NCBI GenBank assembly: GCA_014382295.1
Contig: JACNJZ010000093.1
Location: 570 to 64,569, forward strand
DNA: 64,000 nt
Source of the DNA: Candidatus Desulfobia pelagia
GTDB lineage: Bacteria; Desulfobacterota; Desulfobulbia; Desulfobulbales; SURF-16
Reading direction: 5' to 3'
Part shown: positions 44,222 to 54,750 of the stretch, piece by piece
Layout of the letters: the number at the start of each line of letters is the position of its first letter
How positions within the stretch are numbered: the first letter of the stretch is position 1
Program-made: the position numbers and the translations under genes
Notes under the pieces: model-generated
The model's input: the letters and a program-made list of their open reading frames with translations, nothing else
Told to the model about the DNA's origin: nothing
The model's database searches: none

Positions 44222-45217
44222 TTATTCAACAGTCCGGCACAGGCGGCCAAATCCTCCCGGGATAGTCCCGGAAGCCCAGAAAACAGTTCCCTGTTTATAG
44301 TCACAGAACCAGTAGCCTCCAGGTTCACGTTTTTCATTCAGAAAGATGAAGGGCTGGTGCTCTGAAAAACAGGGGCTGAGGTGTAGGCCTTTGCTGTTTT
44401 CGGCGGGTTCCATCAGGGAAAGAGCCTCTTCGAGAGTGGGGAGACGCCAGTCATTGAAACCTGCAAACATCTCGTCATTGGCCTGTTTGGCATGACCGAT
44501 CATCTTCCTTCTGCTCATGATGTCGTATCCCTCCAGTTGCCACATGAGCCCCGTTACCAGATCTGTGACAGTAAGGCCGTCTTTATTGTCGATAAGATAA
44601 TTGGCAAAAGATCCGTCGGGATTATACTGGCTGTCGTAAAAATTCTTTTCTTTGATCAGGCCGGTAACTTCCGTTTCCTCAAGAGTCTCGGTTGAAGAAG
44701 CAAGATGTATCCTGGTCAATTCCGGCACTGGATCATCTTTGCCGGGAAGATCTATGGGCGGTATATCCTTGTCGAGACCAGTTTTGATGGGGATTACTTT
44801 TGACTGGTCTTCAGAGTCAACGATATTTGTGAGGAGCCATTTTTTGATTTCAGCAGAAATGGCATACGTCTTGTCCAGTCCCATGGTTTTGCCCTGGGAG
44901 GCGACAGCCTTGTCAATCATCTCCTGGGGCGCGTCTATTTTTGCAAGTACCCTGGCGAATTTAATCCCTCTTTCCATGAGGCACAGGGTGGCTGGCTGCT
45001 CCCAGTAATCTATATAGAAATAGTAAAATCTTTCTGAGGCATGGCGCACACGTTCTTTTCCGCCCCAGCTTTCAAAAATGGCAAAAGTTTCGGCGGGGAT
45101 AAGATCCCAGTCTATTGATGGCTGCAGATCCGGACTCACTCCCAGTTTTTTGAATAGACCCATAACTTCCTCCCTGTATTTGCGTTCAATTGGACATCCT
45201 TCGTAGAGACTTAGCAT
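44222..45217 (-). CDS. DUF1566 (Lcl C-terminal-like) domain protein
   Basis: 331 aa. The C-terminal region has GLMWQLEG...FNDWRLPTLEEALSLMEP, typical of DUF1566. The N-terminal half is unassigned and the start is uncertain. Confidence 0.55.
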   Translation of the reverse strand: MLSLYEGCPIERKYREEVMGLFKKLGVSPDLQPSIDWDLIPAETFAIFESWGGKERVRHASERFYYFYIDYWEQPATLCLMERGIKFARVLAKIDAPQEMIDKAVASQGKTMGLDKTYAISAEIKKWLLTNIVDSEDQSKVIPIKTGLDKDIPPIDLPGKDDPVPELTRIHLASSTETLEETEVTGLIKEKNFYDSQYNPDGSFANYLIDNKDGLTVTDLVTGLMWQLEGYDIMSRRKMIGHAKQANDEMFAGFNDWRLPTLEEALSLMEPAENSKGLHLSPCFSEHQPFIFLNEKREPGGYWFCDYKQGTVFWASGTIPGGFGRLCRTVE

Positions 45218-45283
45218 GAAAGATGGTATAAAAGAATATATTACTTAAACAATTAAAAGTAAATAGTAACCATTATTAAATTT

Positions 45284-47407
45284 ATGAAAAAGAAACAGGG
45301 TGTAGAGAAATTCAGGACAGAATCGGGTGTGCCGCTTCCTTTTGGAGCCAGTGTCACTTCTTCCGGAGTTAATTTTTCTGTTTTTTCCAGGCACGCCGAA
45401 CACGTTTCTCTACTGCTGTTTAAGCCGGGAACCGGGCCGAAGTGCTGTGAATTGGTTTTAGACCCATTGGTAAACAGAACAGGAGATGTCTGGCATATAC
45501 TGGTATGCGATATGGATACCAGTATGCGTTATGGCTATAGAATGAAGGGTCCTTTTGCCCCTGAGGAAAGCGGTCATTTTTTCCAGGAGGATATCATTCT
45601 TCTGGATCCCTATGCCAAAGCGCTGACCGGCGGTACAGAGTGGGGAGAATGGTATACCCGTTCCGGCAGGAAGAGTGCAGAGAGCAGATTCCTGAGGCGC
45701 GGCTGTATTGTTGATGATCACTTTGACTGGGAAGGAGACCGCCCCCTCAATATACCCCTGAAAGAATCTATTATTTATGAAATGCATGTCCGCGGTTTTA
45801 CCTGTCACCATAGTTCCGGTGTTCACCATCCTGGAACATATCATGGCATAGTGGAAAAAATACCATATCTGAAGAAGCTGGGAGTCACAGCAGTTGAGTT
45901 GATGCCGGTAACTGAATTCTATGAAAATGAAAATACACGGCATGATCCGGTAACGGGAACACGTCTGAAAAACTTATGGGGATACAGTCCACTGGCGTTT
46001 TTTGCTCCGAAAGCCTCATATGCTGTTGACGGTGTTCACGGCAGTCAGGTCAAAGAATTCAAGGAAATGGTAAAGGCTCTGCATAAGGCCGGAATTGAGG
46101 TGATACTCGATATTGTCTTCAATCACACTGCCGAGGGAGGAATGGATGGGCCTGTATACAGCTTTCGGGGAATTGATAACACCATTTACTATCTCCTTGG
46201 TAAGAACAGGGACTATTTGAATTTTTCAGGCTGTGGTAACACTCTGAACTGTAATCATCCCCTGGTTAGAGCCATGATTATGGAGTGTCTGCGCTACTGG
46301 GTCACTGAAATGCATGTGGACGGATTTCGATTCGACCTGGCATCGATTCTTGGGAGGGATTCCAGCGGCGAGGTCTTGCAGAACCCGCCGGTTGTTGAAC
46401 AGATTGCCGAGGATCCGGTCCTTGCCAGTACTAAAATCATAGCAGAGGCCTGGGATGCGGCCGGTCTCTATCAGGTGGGGAGCTTCTCGGAACATGCCCG
46501 CTGGGCTGAATGGAACGGCAAGTTCCGGGATGATATCCGTGCTTTCATGTGCGGGCATGAAGGTATGGTTCCAGCTCTTGCCACTCGCATTGCAGGAAGC
46601 GCAGATCTTTACCAGAAAGGGGATCTCCGCCCCTACAACAGTATCAATTTCGTTACAAGTCATGATGGATTTACCCTGTATGATCTGGTGAGCTATAACC
46701 AGAAGCATAATTTTCGTAATGGCGAAGAGAATCGTGATGGTGACAATAATAATATCAGCTGGAACAGCGGCGCAGAGGGCGAAACGGCTGATGGAAATGT
46801 AATTCGTCTGCGTTTCCGGCGCATGAAGACCATGGCTGTGCTGCTTTTTCTCTCCCAGGGGACTCCAATGTTTGTTGCCGGTGATGAATTTGGCCGGAGC
46901 CAGGGAGGAAATAACAATGCCTATTGCCAGGATAATGAAATAAGCTGGGTTGATTGGGAATTGTCGGATCGTAATCAAGGCCTCCTGCGATTCTTCCGGC
47001 TGCTGATTGCTTTAAGGAAGGAAAACGGTGTGTTCCGGAGAGAGCACTTTTTCTCAGAGCCTGAAGAAAATGAGATGTCGGATATTCTCTGGCAGGCCAA
47101 TGAACCAGGGGAGCATGACTGGTCATCCGGACGGAAATCACTGGCTTTTTTCCTGAGAGGTCTTAAGGGTGAAAAGGGCAGGCAGGGCGCAGATTTTTTT
47201 GTTGCTGCAAACAGTAATGAACACGCTGAAACATTTACTCTGCCTCCGCTGAGAAAAAATCGGCATTGGTTCCGCGTTATTGATACTGCCCTTGAGCCAC
47301 CCGATGACATTCTTGACAAGTCCCTCCAGGTCAGGGTCTGGGAGACAAAGATCGCAGTAGAACCCATGGCGGCAGTTGTTCTTGTTTCATGGAGTAAGAA
47401 AGTATGA
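45284..47407 (+). CDS. glgX: Glycogen debranching enzyme GlgX (isoamylase, GH13)
   Basis: 707 aa. GH13 motifs EVILDIVFNHTAEG, GFRFDLASIL, IAEAWD and FVTSHDGFTL. Confidence 0.9.
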   Translation: MKKKQGVEKFRTESGVPLPFGASVTSSGVNFSVFSRHAEHVSLLLFKPGTGPKCCELVLDPLVNRTGDVWHILVCDMDTSMRYGYRMKGPFAPEESGHFFQEDIILLDPYAKALTGGTEWGEWYTRSGRKSAESRFLRRGCIVDDHFDWEGDRPLNIPLKESIIYEMHVRGFTCHHSSGVHHPGTYHGIVEKIPYLKKLGVTAVELMPVTEFYENENTRHDPVTGTRLKNLWGYSPLAFFAPKASYAVDGVHGSQVKEFKEMVKALHKAGIEVILDIVFNHTAEGGMDGPVYSFRGIDNTIYYLLGKNRDYLNFSGCGNTLNCNHPLVRAMIMECLRYWVTEMHVDGFRFDLASILGRDSSGEVLQNPPVVEQIAEDPVLASTKIIAEAWDAAGLYQVGSFSEHARWAEWNGKFRDDIRAFMCGHEGMVPALATRIAGSADLYQKGDLRPYNSINFVTSHDGFTLYDLVSYNQKHNFRNGEENRDGDNNNISWNSGAEGETADGNVIRLRFRRMKTMAVLLFLSQGTPMFVAGDEFGRSQGGNNNAYCQDNEISWVDWELSDRNQGLLRFFRLLIALRKENGVFRREHFFSEPEENEMSDILWQANEPGEHDWSSGRKSLAFFLRGLKGEKGRQGADFFVAANSNEHAETFTLPPLRKNRHWFRVIDTALEPPDDILDKSLQVRVWETKIAVEPMAAVVLVSWSKKV

Positions 47408-47928
47408 AGAAGGTTTTTTTTATCGGTGATTCACTTATAGAGTTTTTTGACTGGCAGCGTCGTTTCCCTGAATACGATATTGACAATGAGGGTATTGCCG
47501 GTGAAACGGTTCGGGGGTTGCTGCTTGCGTTTCCCCATATCACATCCCGGCTCGATGTTCCTGATGCCGTTGTCCTGATGATCGGTACAAATAATCTTGC
47601 TATGGATGATTATGCATTTCTGGGCGATTATCAGGAAATTCTGGACAGCTTTCAGTCTCTATATCCTGGTTGCCGTGTTGCTGTTACAAGTCTTCTTCCC
47701 TTGTATCTCCCGTGGCTGGCGCCGGATGCGGTTGAGAGACTGAACGACATTCTCCGCCAGAAAGCCGAGAAGTCCGGTGGTGATTTTCTCGATATTTTTT
47801 CCCGGTTTCGGGATGCCGGCAAAGGTGAAAGGGGGCTCTTTCTTGAAGATGGTGTCCATTTGAGTGACGCTGGATATGCTGTGTGGGCTAAGGCCCTGGA
47901 GGAATATTTTGCAGAGATTTTCGCATGA
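47404..47928 (+). CDS. SGNH/GDSL hydrolase family protein
   Basis: 174 aa. FIGDSLIE (GDS block), GTNN block and DGVHLS (DxxH). Its start overlaps the glgX stop (ATGA). Confidence 0.8.
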   Translation: MKKVFFIGDSLIEFFDWQRRFPEYDIDNEGIAGETVRGLLLAFPHITSRLDVPDAVVLMIGTNNLAMDDYAFLGDYQEILDSFQSLYPGCRVAVTSLLPLYLPWLAPDAVERLNDILRQKAEKSGGDFLDIFSRFRDAGKGERGLFLEDGVHLSDAGYAVWAKALEEYFAEIFA

Positions 47929-48065
47929 GAAGGAATCTACAGATTTCTTGCTATTTGCATGGTGGAATGATAATAGTGGTTCCTCAGCTGAACCTTTTTT
48001 GAATTATTCAGCGAAAGAATTTTTAGTTTCGAAAACCACAGAACTGTAACTGGAGGAGAGCGGTT

Positions 48066-48326
48066 ATGTATGTAAAAATAGATAAAGATGCATTTGAAGC
48101 AGTCATGTTAACGGCAAAACTGAAAATTGTCGGGAAGGTTTATATGCTTCCTCAGGAGAGGTTGACTGATTTTATGTTGTCTTCCAGCGCAACAGCGTAC
48201 CTCCCTGTCACCGAGGCCACTATCTATAATCTAGACAGTGGTGCCCTTATTGCCAAAACATCATTTTTGAGTCTCAGCAAGCATGAAGTGACTGCGATCT
48301 TTCCTGCCGCTGACCTGACGGAATAG
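48066..48326 (+). CDS. Hypothetical small protein
   Basis: 86-aa ORF 22 nt upstream of the GAF/sigma-54 activator gene, preceded by GGAGGAG. I recognise no motif. Confidence 0.35.
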   Translation: MYVKIDKDAFEAVMLTAKLKIVGKVYMLPQERLTDFMLSSSATAYLPVTEATIYNLDSGALIAKTSFLSLSKHEVTAIFPAADLTE

Positions 48327-48348
48327 ATTTGCTGCAGTATTTGCCCGT

Positions 48349-49911
48349 ATGATCATGACAGATAAGCACTATACACAAGAGCAGACATTGGCGGAAATCA
48401 CCTCGTTGTACGAGGTGACGAAGGTGCTTGCTTCTTCGGATGATCTGCAGGACTGTCTGAGCCGGGTCATGGCTATTCTGGCGGACAGCAAGGGGATGAA
48501 TCACGGTACTGTCAGTATTGTCGATCCGACAACAGGCCATCTCGAAATTGAAGTGGCCTATGGAATGACATCCGATGCCAGGAAAAGAGGTAAATATCAG
48601 GTCGGAGAAGGAATTACAGGCCGCGTTGTTTCCAGTGGCTCTCCTATTGTCGTACCGCAAATAAGTGAGGAGCCTCTTTTTCTCAATCGAACACAATCCC
48701 GCGGAGACCTCAAGCAGAAGATGGTCTCCTTTATATGTGTACCTATCAAGCGTGGTCAGCGGTCGATTGGCGCCCTCAGTATTGATCGGGAATATCAAAA
48801 GGGGATCGATTACGATCAGGACATCCAGTTCCTTTCAGTAATAAGCGGTTTGATTTCCCAGGCTGTTACCCGAATAATGGCGGTCAATGAAGAGCGGAAG
48901 AAGCTTGAGCAGGAGAATAGTTTTTTAAAGCGTGAGCTGGGTCAGAAATTTCAGGTCGAAAATATTATCAGCAACAGCAGCAGGATGCAGGAAGTTCTTG
49001 AGATGGTGCATCGTGTGGCAGACAGTAATGCCACGGTACTGCTTCGCGGTGAGTCGGGGACAGGAAAGACCCTTGTCGCCAAGGCCATCCATTACGGAAG
49101 TAAACGCGTCAAAGCCCCTATTGTCACTGTAAATTGTTCCGCTTTGCCTGAAACTCTGCTTGAAAGTGAGCTTTTCGGCTATGAAAAGGGGGCCTTTACC
49201 GGGGCAAATGTTGCCAAAAAGGGGCGTTTTGAACAGGCGGAAGGCGGCACACTGTTTCTCGATGAAATTGGAGAACTGAGTCAGTCTGTACAGGTGAAGC
49301 TGCTCAATGTCATTCAGGAGAGAGAATTTCAGCGTCTTGGCGGTGTCAAACCGGTCAAATGTAATGTCAGGCTGGTTACTGCCACCAATAAGGATCTTGA
49401 GAAAGCCGTTTCTGAAGGAAGTTTCCGGGAAGATTTTTATTACCGGTTGAATGTGTTTCCTGTATATCTTCCGCCGCTTCGCAAAAGACAGACGGATATT
49501 CTGCTTCTTGCCGAGCATTTTCTCAAAGAGTTCTGCCGGGAAAATGATAAAAACATATCACGGATTTCCACTCCGGCCATTGATCTTCTCATGCAGTATC
49601 ATTGGCCTGGGAATGTCAGGGAATTGCAGAATTGCCTGGAGAGGGCAGTGCTTATTTGCGATGAGGACACCATAAAAATCTATCATCTCCCACCATCACT
49701 GCAGAGCGCTGAGAGTATCAGTGACAGGAACCCGCTGTCGTTTGCTTCCGCTGTTGAGAATTTTGAGAAGGAAATGATTATTGACGCCTTGAAGAAGAGC
49801 CGTGGAAATCAGACAAGAGCCGCCGGACTCCTTGATACTAGTCTTCGCATTATCAATTATAAAATTCATAAATTTGGTATAGATTCCAGGATGTACCGAG
49901 TCGATTCATGA
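48349..49911 (+). CDS. Sigma-54-dependent transcriptional activator with N-terminal GAF domain (NifA-like architecture)
   Basis: 520 aa. GAF region, GESGTGKT, GAFTGA and a Fis-type HTH (AAGLLDTSLRIINYKI). Confidence 0.9.
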   Translation: MIMTDKHYTQEQTLAEITSLYEVTKVLASSDDLQDCLSRVMAILADSKGMNHGTVSIVDPTTGHLEIEVAYGMTSDARKRGKYQVGEGITGRVVSSGSPIVVPQISEEPLFLNRTQSRGDLKQKMVSFICVPIKRGQRSIGALSIDREYQKGIDYDQDIQFLSVISGLISQAVTRIMAVNEERKKLEQENSFLKRELGQKFQVENIISNSSRMQEVLEMVHRVADSNATVLLRGESGTGKTLVAKAIHYGSKRVKAPIVTVNCSALPETLLESELFGYEKGAFTGANVAKKGRFEQAEGGTLFLDEIGELSQSVQVKLLNVIQEREFQRLGGVKPVKCNVRLVTATNKDLEKAVSEGSFREDFYYRLNVFPVYLPPLRKRQTDILLLAEHFLKEFCRENDKNISRISTPAIDLLMQYHWPGNVRELQNCLERAVLICDEDTIKIYHLPPSLQSAESISDRNPLSFASAVENFEKEMIIDALKKSRGNQTRAAGLLDTSLRIINYKIHKFGIDSRMYRVDS

Positions 49912-50465
49912 AGATAGTTCTCCATACCTGCTGTGGTCCCTGCGCGGCCTATCCCCTTGAGCAATTGAGACAGAAAGGGATGGATGTGCAGGGATTTTTT
50001 TTTAATCCCAATATTCATCCCTTCCAGGAATTTAAGCGTCGCTTGGCTGCATTGGATGATCTGGCGGCAGAGATGCGGTATGAGGTTGAGGTTATTCGTG
50101 AGTATGGCCTGAAGGAGTATATGCGCCGTGTGGTCTTTCATGAGGAGAACCGTTGCGGTATCTGTTATGAGATGCGTCTCTCCCGCACGGCAGAATATGC
50201 GGCTCAGACCGGAGCAGATGCTTTCACCACCACCCTCCTGTACAGCAAATATCAGAATCACCAACAGATATGTCAGCTGGCTGAGCAGTTGGCTAAACAG
50301 TACAGCGTTTCTTTTTATTACGAAGACTTCCGAGCTGGATGGCAGGAGGGAATCGACAGGTCAATAGAGATGGGCCTGTACCGCCAGCCTTACTGCGGCT
50401 GTATATACAGTGAACAGGAACGATATGATAAAAAGTGGCGGAAAAGGCAACGTAAATTATTGTAG
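49908..50465 (+). CDS. queH: Epoxyqueuosine reductase QueH (DUF208)
   Basis: 185 aa. MKIVLHTCCGPCAAYPLE and a C-terminal YCGC motif. Its start overlaps the activator stop (ATGA). Confidence 0.85.
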   Translation: MKIVLHTCCGPCAAYPLEQLRQKGMDVQGFFFNPNIHPFQEFKRRLAALDDLAAEMRYEVEVIREYGLKEYMRRVVFHEENRCGICYEMRLSRTAEYAAQTGADAFTTTLLYSKYQNHQQICQLAEQLAKQYSVSFYYEDFRAGWQEGIDRSIEMGLYRQPYCGCIYSEQERYDKKWRKRQRKLL

Positions 50466-50499
50466 ATTTCGGATTTCGGATTTCGGATTTCGGATTGCG
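50465..50499. repeat. 5 x 7-nt tandem repeat (GATTTCG, last unit GATTGCG)
   Basis: It starts at the last base of the queH stop codon (TAG 50463-50465). An imperfect complementary arm lies at 50524-50549 (CCAAAATCCCCAATCCCATATCCGAA). It sits between convergent genes. Confidence 0.8.
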
Positions 50500-50561
50500 G
50501 CTAAAGCTTCCAGAATTCATATTCCAAAATCCCCAATCCCATATCCGAACTCACAACGCTT

Positions 50562-51344
50562 TTATTCCGTTGCTGATGACGGGGCGACTCCGAAGGATTC
50601 AAAAACGGACCAGTCAGGAAGACCAATTTCCGGAATCCAGTCACGCCATGTGCTTTTTGGCGGAGTGCCGGCCTGCAGCAGGCCCAGCAGGGTATTCGCC
50701 TCAGGAACTATCGTGGAATCCGGATAGGTGTCCAGGAGGTATTCCAGGCGTGCGGCACTCTGTTTGTATTTTCTCGTTTTAATATAAAACGTTGCTACGT
50801 ACATTTCGTGATTGGCCAGAAAATCCCGGGCAGCTCTGATCCTGGCCCTGGCCTCAGTGGTGTATGGTGAATCAGGGTGTACCCGCAGGAGTCTGGCAAA
50901 AGCGGCTTCTGCATTTATAGCACTGCCTGGATCCCTATCTATAGTATCTATCTTGTTGTAATGGCACATTCCGATCTGGAAAAGGACGTAGGGAATGGCT
51001 TCGTTCGTCGGGTGATTCCTTTCAAAATCTTCGTAGAGCGTAATTGCTTCGGAGTAGTGTTTCAGGTGGTAGTGGCAGTCGGCAGATTTTAATTCTGCCA
51101 TCAGGCTATAACGGCTGAAAGGATAGCGTTCACGGATTTCCGTGAAAATTTCCAGGGCGCTGGTGTATTGGCCGTGATTGAACTTGTCCAGCGCGTCCAT
51201 TGCAATAGTGTCGGGGGTTGATACTGTTTGAGTACTGTCGTCGGTAAACATGTTTTTGATGTCATCAACAACCGCACATCCTGACAGGACTGACAGAGAG
51301 AAGAGGATGGCAGATATCAGGGCCAGCTTTGTTGATTGTATCAT
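50562..51344 (-). CDS. bamD: Outer membrane protein assembly factor BamD (TPR lipoprotein)
   Basis: 260 aa. Lipobox LSGCAV and TPR repeats. It follows trxA-trxB on the - strand. Confidence 0.8.
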   Translation of the reverse strand: MIQSTKLALISAILFSLSVLSGCAVVDDIKNMFTDDSTQTVSTPDTIAMDALDKFNHGQYTSALEIFTEIRERYPFSRYSLMAELKSADCHYHLKHYSEAITLYEDFERNHPTNEAIPYVLFQIGMCHYNKIDTIDRDPGSAINAEAAFARLLRVHPDSPYTTEARARIRAARDFLANHEMYVATFYIKTRKYKQSAARLEYLLDTYPDSTIVPEANTLLGLLQAGTPPKSTWRDWIPEIGLPDWSVFESFGVAPSSATE

Positions 51345-51371
51345 TTTTTCGAGTACCTTTGGTTTTCGCTT

Positions 51372-52301
51372 TTATTCGGCGAGGGGGAGGTCGGCAAGAT
51401 ATTCTTCAACAGACAGGCAGGCAACAGCGCCTTCACCGGCGGCATTAATCACCTGGCGAACCGTTTTGCTGCAGATGTCTCCCGCAGCCATTACTCCCGG
51501 GAGAGATGATCTCATTTGCTGATCTGTTTTTATGAAACCATCTTTCATGTCAAGCTGGTCAGCTGGAAGCATTTCATTATTGGGACGTGTGCCGATCAGC
51601 ACAAAAACACCCTGGACAGCCAGGGTTGTCTTCTCGCCATTTTTGTTTTCAAGTTTGAGCCCTTCCACTTCATTGGTGCCAACAACTTCAATTGCGACAC
51701 TGTTCCAGATGAACTCTATCTTGCTATTTGCGAAAGCTTTTTCCTGGAGAATTTTTGTTGCGCGAAGTTCGTCCCGACGATGTATGACCGAAACCTTGCT
51801 GGCAAATTTCGTAAGATGGATTGCTTCCTGGATGGCCGTATCGCCACCGCCTATTACGGCAATTTCCTGGTCTCGATAAAAGGGGGCGTCACAGGTGGCG
51901 CAATAGGAAACACCTTTTCCTGTCAGCTCTTTTTCTCCGGGAATTCCCACTATGTTGGGGCGGGCTCCGGTTGCAATGATGACCGCTTGGGTGGTAAGTT
52001 CTTCGCCGCCCTCAAGGAAGATTTTTTTTATAGGCCCCGCCAGATCCATTGACGTCACTTCGCCCAGTTTTGTTTCAAGCCCAAATCGGGCCGCATGGGC
52101 AGCCATTTTTTCAGCTAGGTCAAAGCCTGAAAGACCGTCAGTAAAGCCGGGATAATTGTCTATCCAGTCTGTGTTGAGAACCTGTCCTCCCGGAGCGCCT
52201 TTTTCTAGGAGGGTGACATTGAGCCGTGCCCGTGAGGCATATAAACCTGCGGTCAGGCCTGCCGGCCCGCCGCCGATTATGATAAGCTGGAAGGAGGACA
52301 T
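51372..52301 (-). CDS. trxB: Thioredoxin-disulfide reductase
   Basis: 309 aa. GGGPAGLTAG, the redox-active CATCDAPF and GGGDTAIQEA. Confidence 0.92.
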   Translation of the reverse strand: MSSFQLIIIGGGPAGLTAGLYASRARLNVTLLEKGAPGGQVLNTDWIDNYPGFTDGLSGFDLAEKMAAHAARFGLETKLGEVTSMDLAGPIKKIFLEGGEELTTQAVIIATGARPNIVGIPGEKELTGKGVSYCATCDAPFYRDQEIAVIGGGDTAIQEAIHLTKFASKVSVIHRRDELRATKILQEKAFANSKIEFIWNSVAIEVVGTNEVEGLKLENKNGEKTTLAVQGVFVLIGTRPNNEMLPADQLDMKDGFIKTDQQMRSSLPGVMAAGDICSKTVRQVINAAGEGAVACLSVEEYLADLPLAE

Positions 52302-52624
52302 TATTTGTCGAGCATGGCAACTAGCTGGGTTTTACCAACAGCGCCGGTTACCTGATCAGCCACTTCGCCGTTTTTGAAGAAAATCAGGGTAGGAATGGCT
52401 CGGATTCCAAATTTGCCAGGTGTTTCCGGGTTTTCATCTACATTCATTTTGGTGATTTTGATTTTGCCGCTGTATGTGTCGGCCAGCTCATCAATAACCG
52501 GGCCGATTGCCTTGCAGGGTCCGCACCATGGAGCCCAGAAGTCGACAAGGGTTGGCAGGTCAGACTTGATGACCTCCTGGTCAAAGTCACTATCAGTTAC
52601 ATGGGTTACATTATCTCCAGCCAT
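52301..52624 (-). CDS. trxA: Thioredoxin
   Basis: 107 aa with the WAPWCGPCK active site. The TAATG stop/start overlaps trxB. Confidence 0.92.
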   Translation of the reverse strand: MAGDNVTHVTDSDFDQEVIKSDLPTLVDFWAPWCGPCKAIGPVIDELADTYSGKIKITKMNVDENPETPGKFGIRAIPTLIFFKNGEVADQVTGAVGKTQLVAMLDK

Positions 52625-52735
52625 CTGCTCTCTCCTTGTTATTATTTATCTTTAAGATTTGGTATCTGTTGAATAAGTAAGGTAATTATATACCGTGAGT
52701 TGTCTGGGATGACAAGTGAATTTTCCCATGAAATC

Positions 52736-52763
52736 TTGACAAGTGGCAACTTCCTGATATGTT
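52736..52763 (+). promoter_or_regulatory. Possible sigma-70 promoter
   Basis: TTGACA (52736-52741), 16 nt, then TATGTT (52758-52763), about 40 nt upstream of the ATG at 52806. Confidence 0.3.
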
Positions 52764-52805
52764 GCGGAGTGTACTGAACTCAAGCCTTTATAAGGAAAAT
52801 ATATC

Positions 52806-54740
52806 ATGACAAACGTAGTACGTTTTCTGCCGGATGATGCAGAGATTCGAGTTGAAAAAGGAGAGAACCTGCTGGCCGCTGCTGCTAAGGCCGGAGTCTA
52901 TATCCACGCCTATTGCGGGGGTGACGGCGTATGTGGCAAGTGTAAAGTGAAAATCAAGGAAGGAGACGTCTCTTCCGATCATTCTCAGAAATTAAAAGCC
53001 TCTGAGCATGAGCAGGCAATGCGACTTGCCTGCCAGACTTTTGTTACCTCTGATATGGTGGTGGAAATCCCTGAAGAGGTGAACAAGGAAGGAAAAGTTC
53101 TTAAGCGGAAACCGAAGACCACAAGAGCCATTTCAGCCCGTTCTCTTGATGATTTGATTGGGACCTGGGATGTTAATCCCCCTGTGGAAAAACGTTTCCT
53201 TAAGATTGCTCCGCCTACCGCAGAAGATAATATTTCCGATTTGCAGCGTCTCCAGCGGGCCCTGCAGAAGGATTACGGCGGTGAAATGAAAGCCATGACC
53301 TATGATCATCCTGAGATGCTTCGGGAATTGCCTTTTATTCTGCGGGAAGCAGACTGGGAAGTTACAGTGATCATACTTCGTTGCAAACTGCCAGAGGAGC
53401 CAAACCGAATTATTGCTGTGGAACCTGGTGACACCACAGACCGGCTTTATGGCCTGGCTGTGGATATCGGCACGACGACCGTGGGTGGAATTCTTCTGGA
53501 TCTAAATACCGGGGAAGTTCTTGCCGAATCATCTGCCTATAATGCCCAGATCCGCTATGGTGAAGATGTTATTTCCCGTATCATATATTCCCAGCGACCA
53601 GGTGGGCTGGAGAGGCTTCAGGAGCGGGTCGTCTATACCATTAATGAGATTATTCAGGCCATTTGCAGGGAACAGGTGATCAGCCCCAGTGATATCAGCT
53701 ATATCATGGCCGCCGGCAACACTATCATGTCCCATCTCTTTCTGGGTGTCAACCCCAAATGGGTACGGGAGGCTCCATATGTGCCGGTATGCAGTCAGTT
53801 TCCATTAACCCGGGCGGCGACTCTCGGTGTTATGGCGCATCCGTCGGTGCGTCTTTTCCTCTATCCTGCTGTTGCCAGTTATGTCGGCGGCGATATTGTC
53901 TCCGGGATTCATGCCTGCAGGATGTATAGCAGCCCGGAATTGACCCTGTTCATTGATATTGGAACCAACGGTGAGATTGTTGTCGGGAACCAGGACTGGA
54001 TGATGTGTACTGCCTGCTCTGCCGGGCCGGCATTTGAAGGCGGCGGTATTAAGTATGGAATGCGGGCCAGCAGCGGTGCCATAGAGAATTTCCATATTCA
54101 TCCGGAGACCTATGAACCGATGATTATTACTGTTGAGCAGTCAAAGGCGCGAGGCATATGTGGATCCGGTTTGATCAGTATCGTTTCTGAACTGCTCGAG
54201 GCCAGAGTTATTGATCCGCAGGGCAAGTTCAACCGCTCGCTAGAGCATCCCCGGATCAGGCAGGGGGAAGACGGTTACGAGTATGTCCTGGTCTGGGGAA
54301 AAGAGTCGCTGACCAGAGAAGATATTGTGATTACAGAGGTGGATATTGATAATTTTATCAGGGCCAAAGGGGCAATGTACGCAGGATATCAGACGCTGCT
54401 TGATTCTGTGGGGATGTCTTTTTCTGATCTGGACAGGGTTATTCTTGCCGGGAACTTCGGTGCCTATATTGACCTGGAAAGGGCCATCAGTATAGGGATG
54501 CTTCCTGATATTGATCGGGATAAATTTTATTATCTGGGAAATGCCTCGTTGTTGGGTGCCCAGATCAGTCTTACCGATCGTGTTCGTTTTATGGAACGTA
54601 TCAAGGCCCGTGCGCTGATGACGAATATGGAACTCAGTGAAAATTCGGATTTCATGAATCACTATATGGCCGCCCTGTTTCTGCCGCACACGGACATGAG
54701 TCTTTTTCCTTCCGTGCAGAAGAAACTCGCCGGGGATTGA
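52806..54740 (+). CDS. Corrinoid activation/regeneration protein (2Fe-2S ferredoxin + ASKHA ATPase, AcsV/RACo-like, DUF4445)
   Basis: 644 aa. Plant-type ferredoxin N-terminus (CGGDGVCGKCKV), then an ASKHA fold (GLAVDIGTTTV, FIDIGTNGEIV). Confidence 0.8.
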   Translation: MTNVVRFLPDDAEIRVEKGENLLAAAAKAGVYIHAYCGGDGVCGKCKVKIKEGDVSSDHSQKLKASEHEQAMRLACQTFVTSDMVVEIPEEVNKEGKVLKRKPKTTRAISARSLDDLIGTWDVNPPVEKRFLKIAPPTAEDNISDLQRLQRALQKDYGGEMKAMTYDHPEMLRELPFILREADWEVTVIILRCKLPEEPNRIIAVEPGDTTDRLYGLAVDIGTTTVGGILLDLNTGEVLAESSAYNAQIRYGEDVISRIIYSQRPGGLERLQERVVYTINEIIQAICREQVISPSDISYIMAAGNTIMSHLFLGVNPKWVREAPYVPVCSQFPLTRAATLGVMAHPSVRLFLYPAVASYVGGDIVSGIHACRMYSSPELTLFIDIGTNGEIVVGNQDWMMCTACSAGPAFEGGGIKYGMRASSGAIENFHIHPETYEPMIITVEQSKARGICGSGLISIVSELLEARVIDPQGKFNRSLEHPRIRQGEDGYEYVLVWGKESLTREDIVITEVDIDNFIRAKGAMYAGYQTLLDSVGMSFSDLDRVILAGNFGAYIDLERAISIGMLPDIDRDKFYYLGNASLLGAQISLTDRVRFMERIKARALMTNMELSENSDFMNHYMAALFLPHTDMSLFPSVQKKLAGD

Positions 54741-54750
54741 TCTGCGTACT

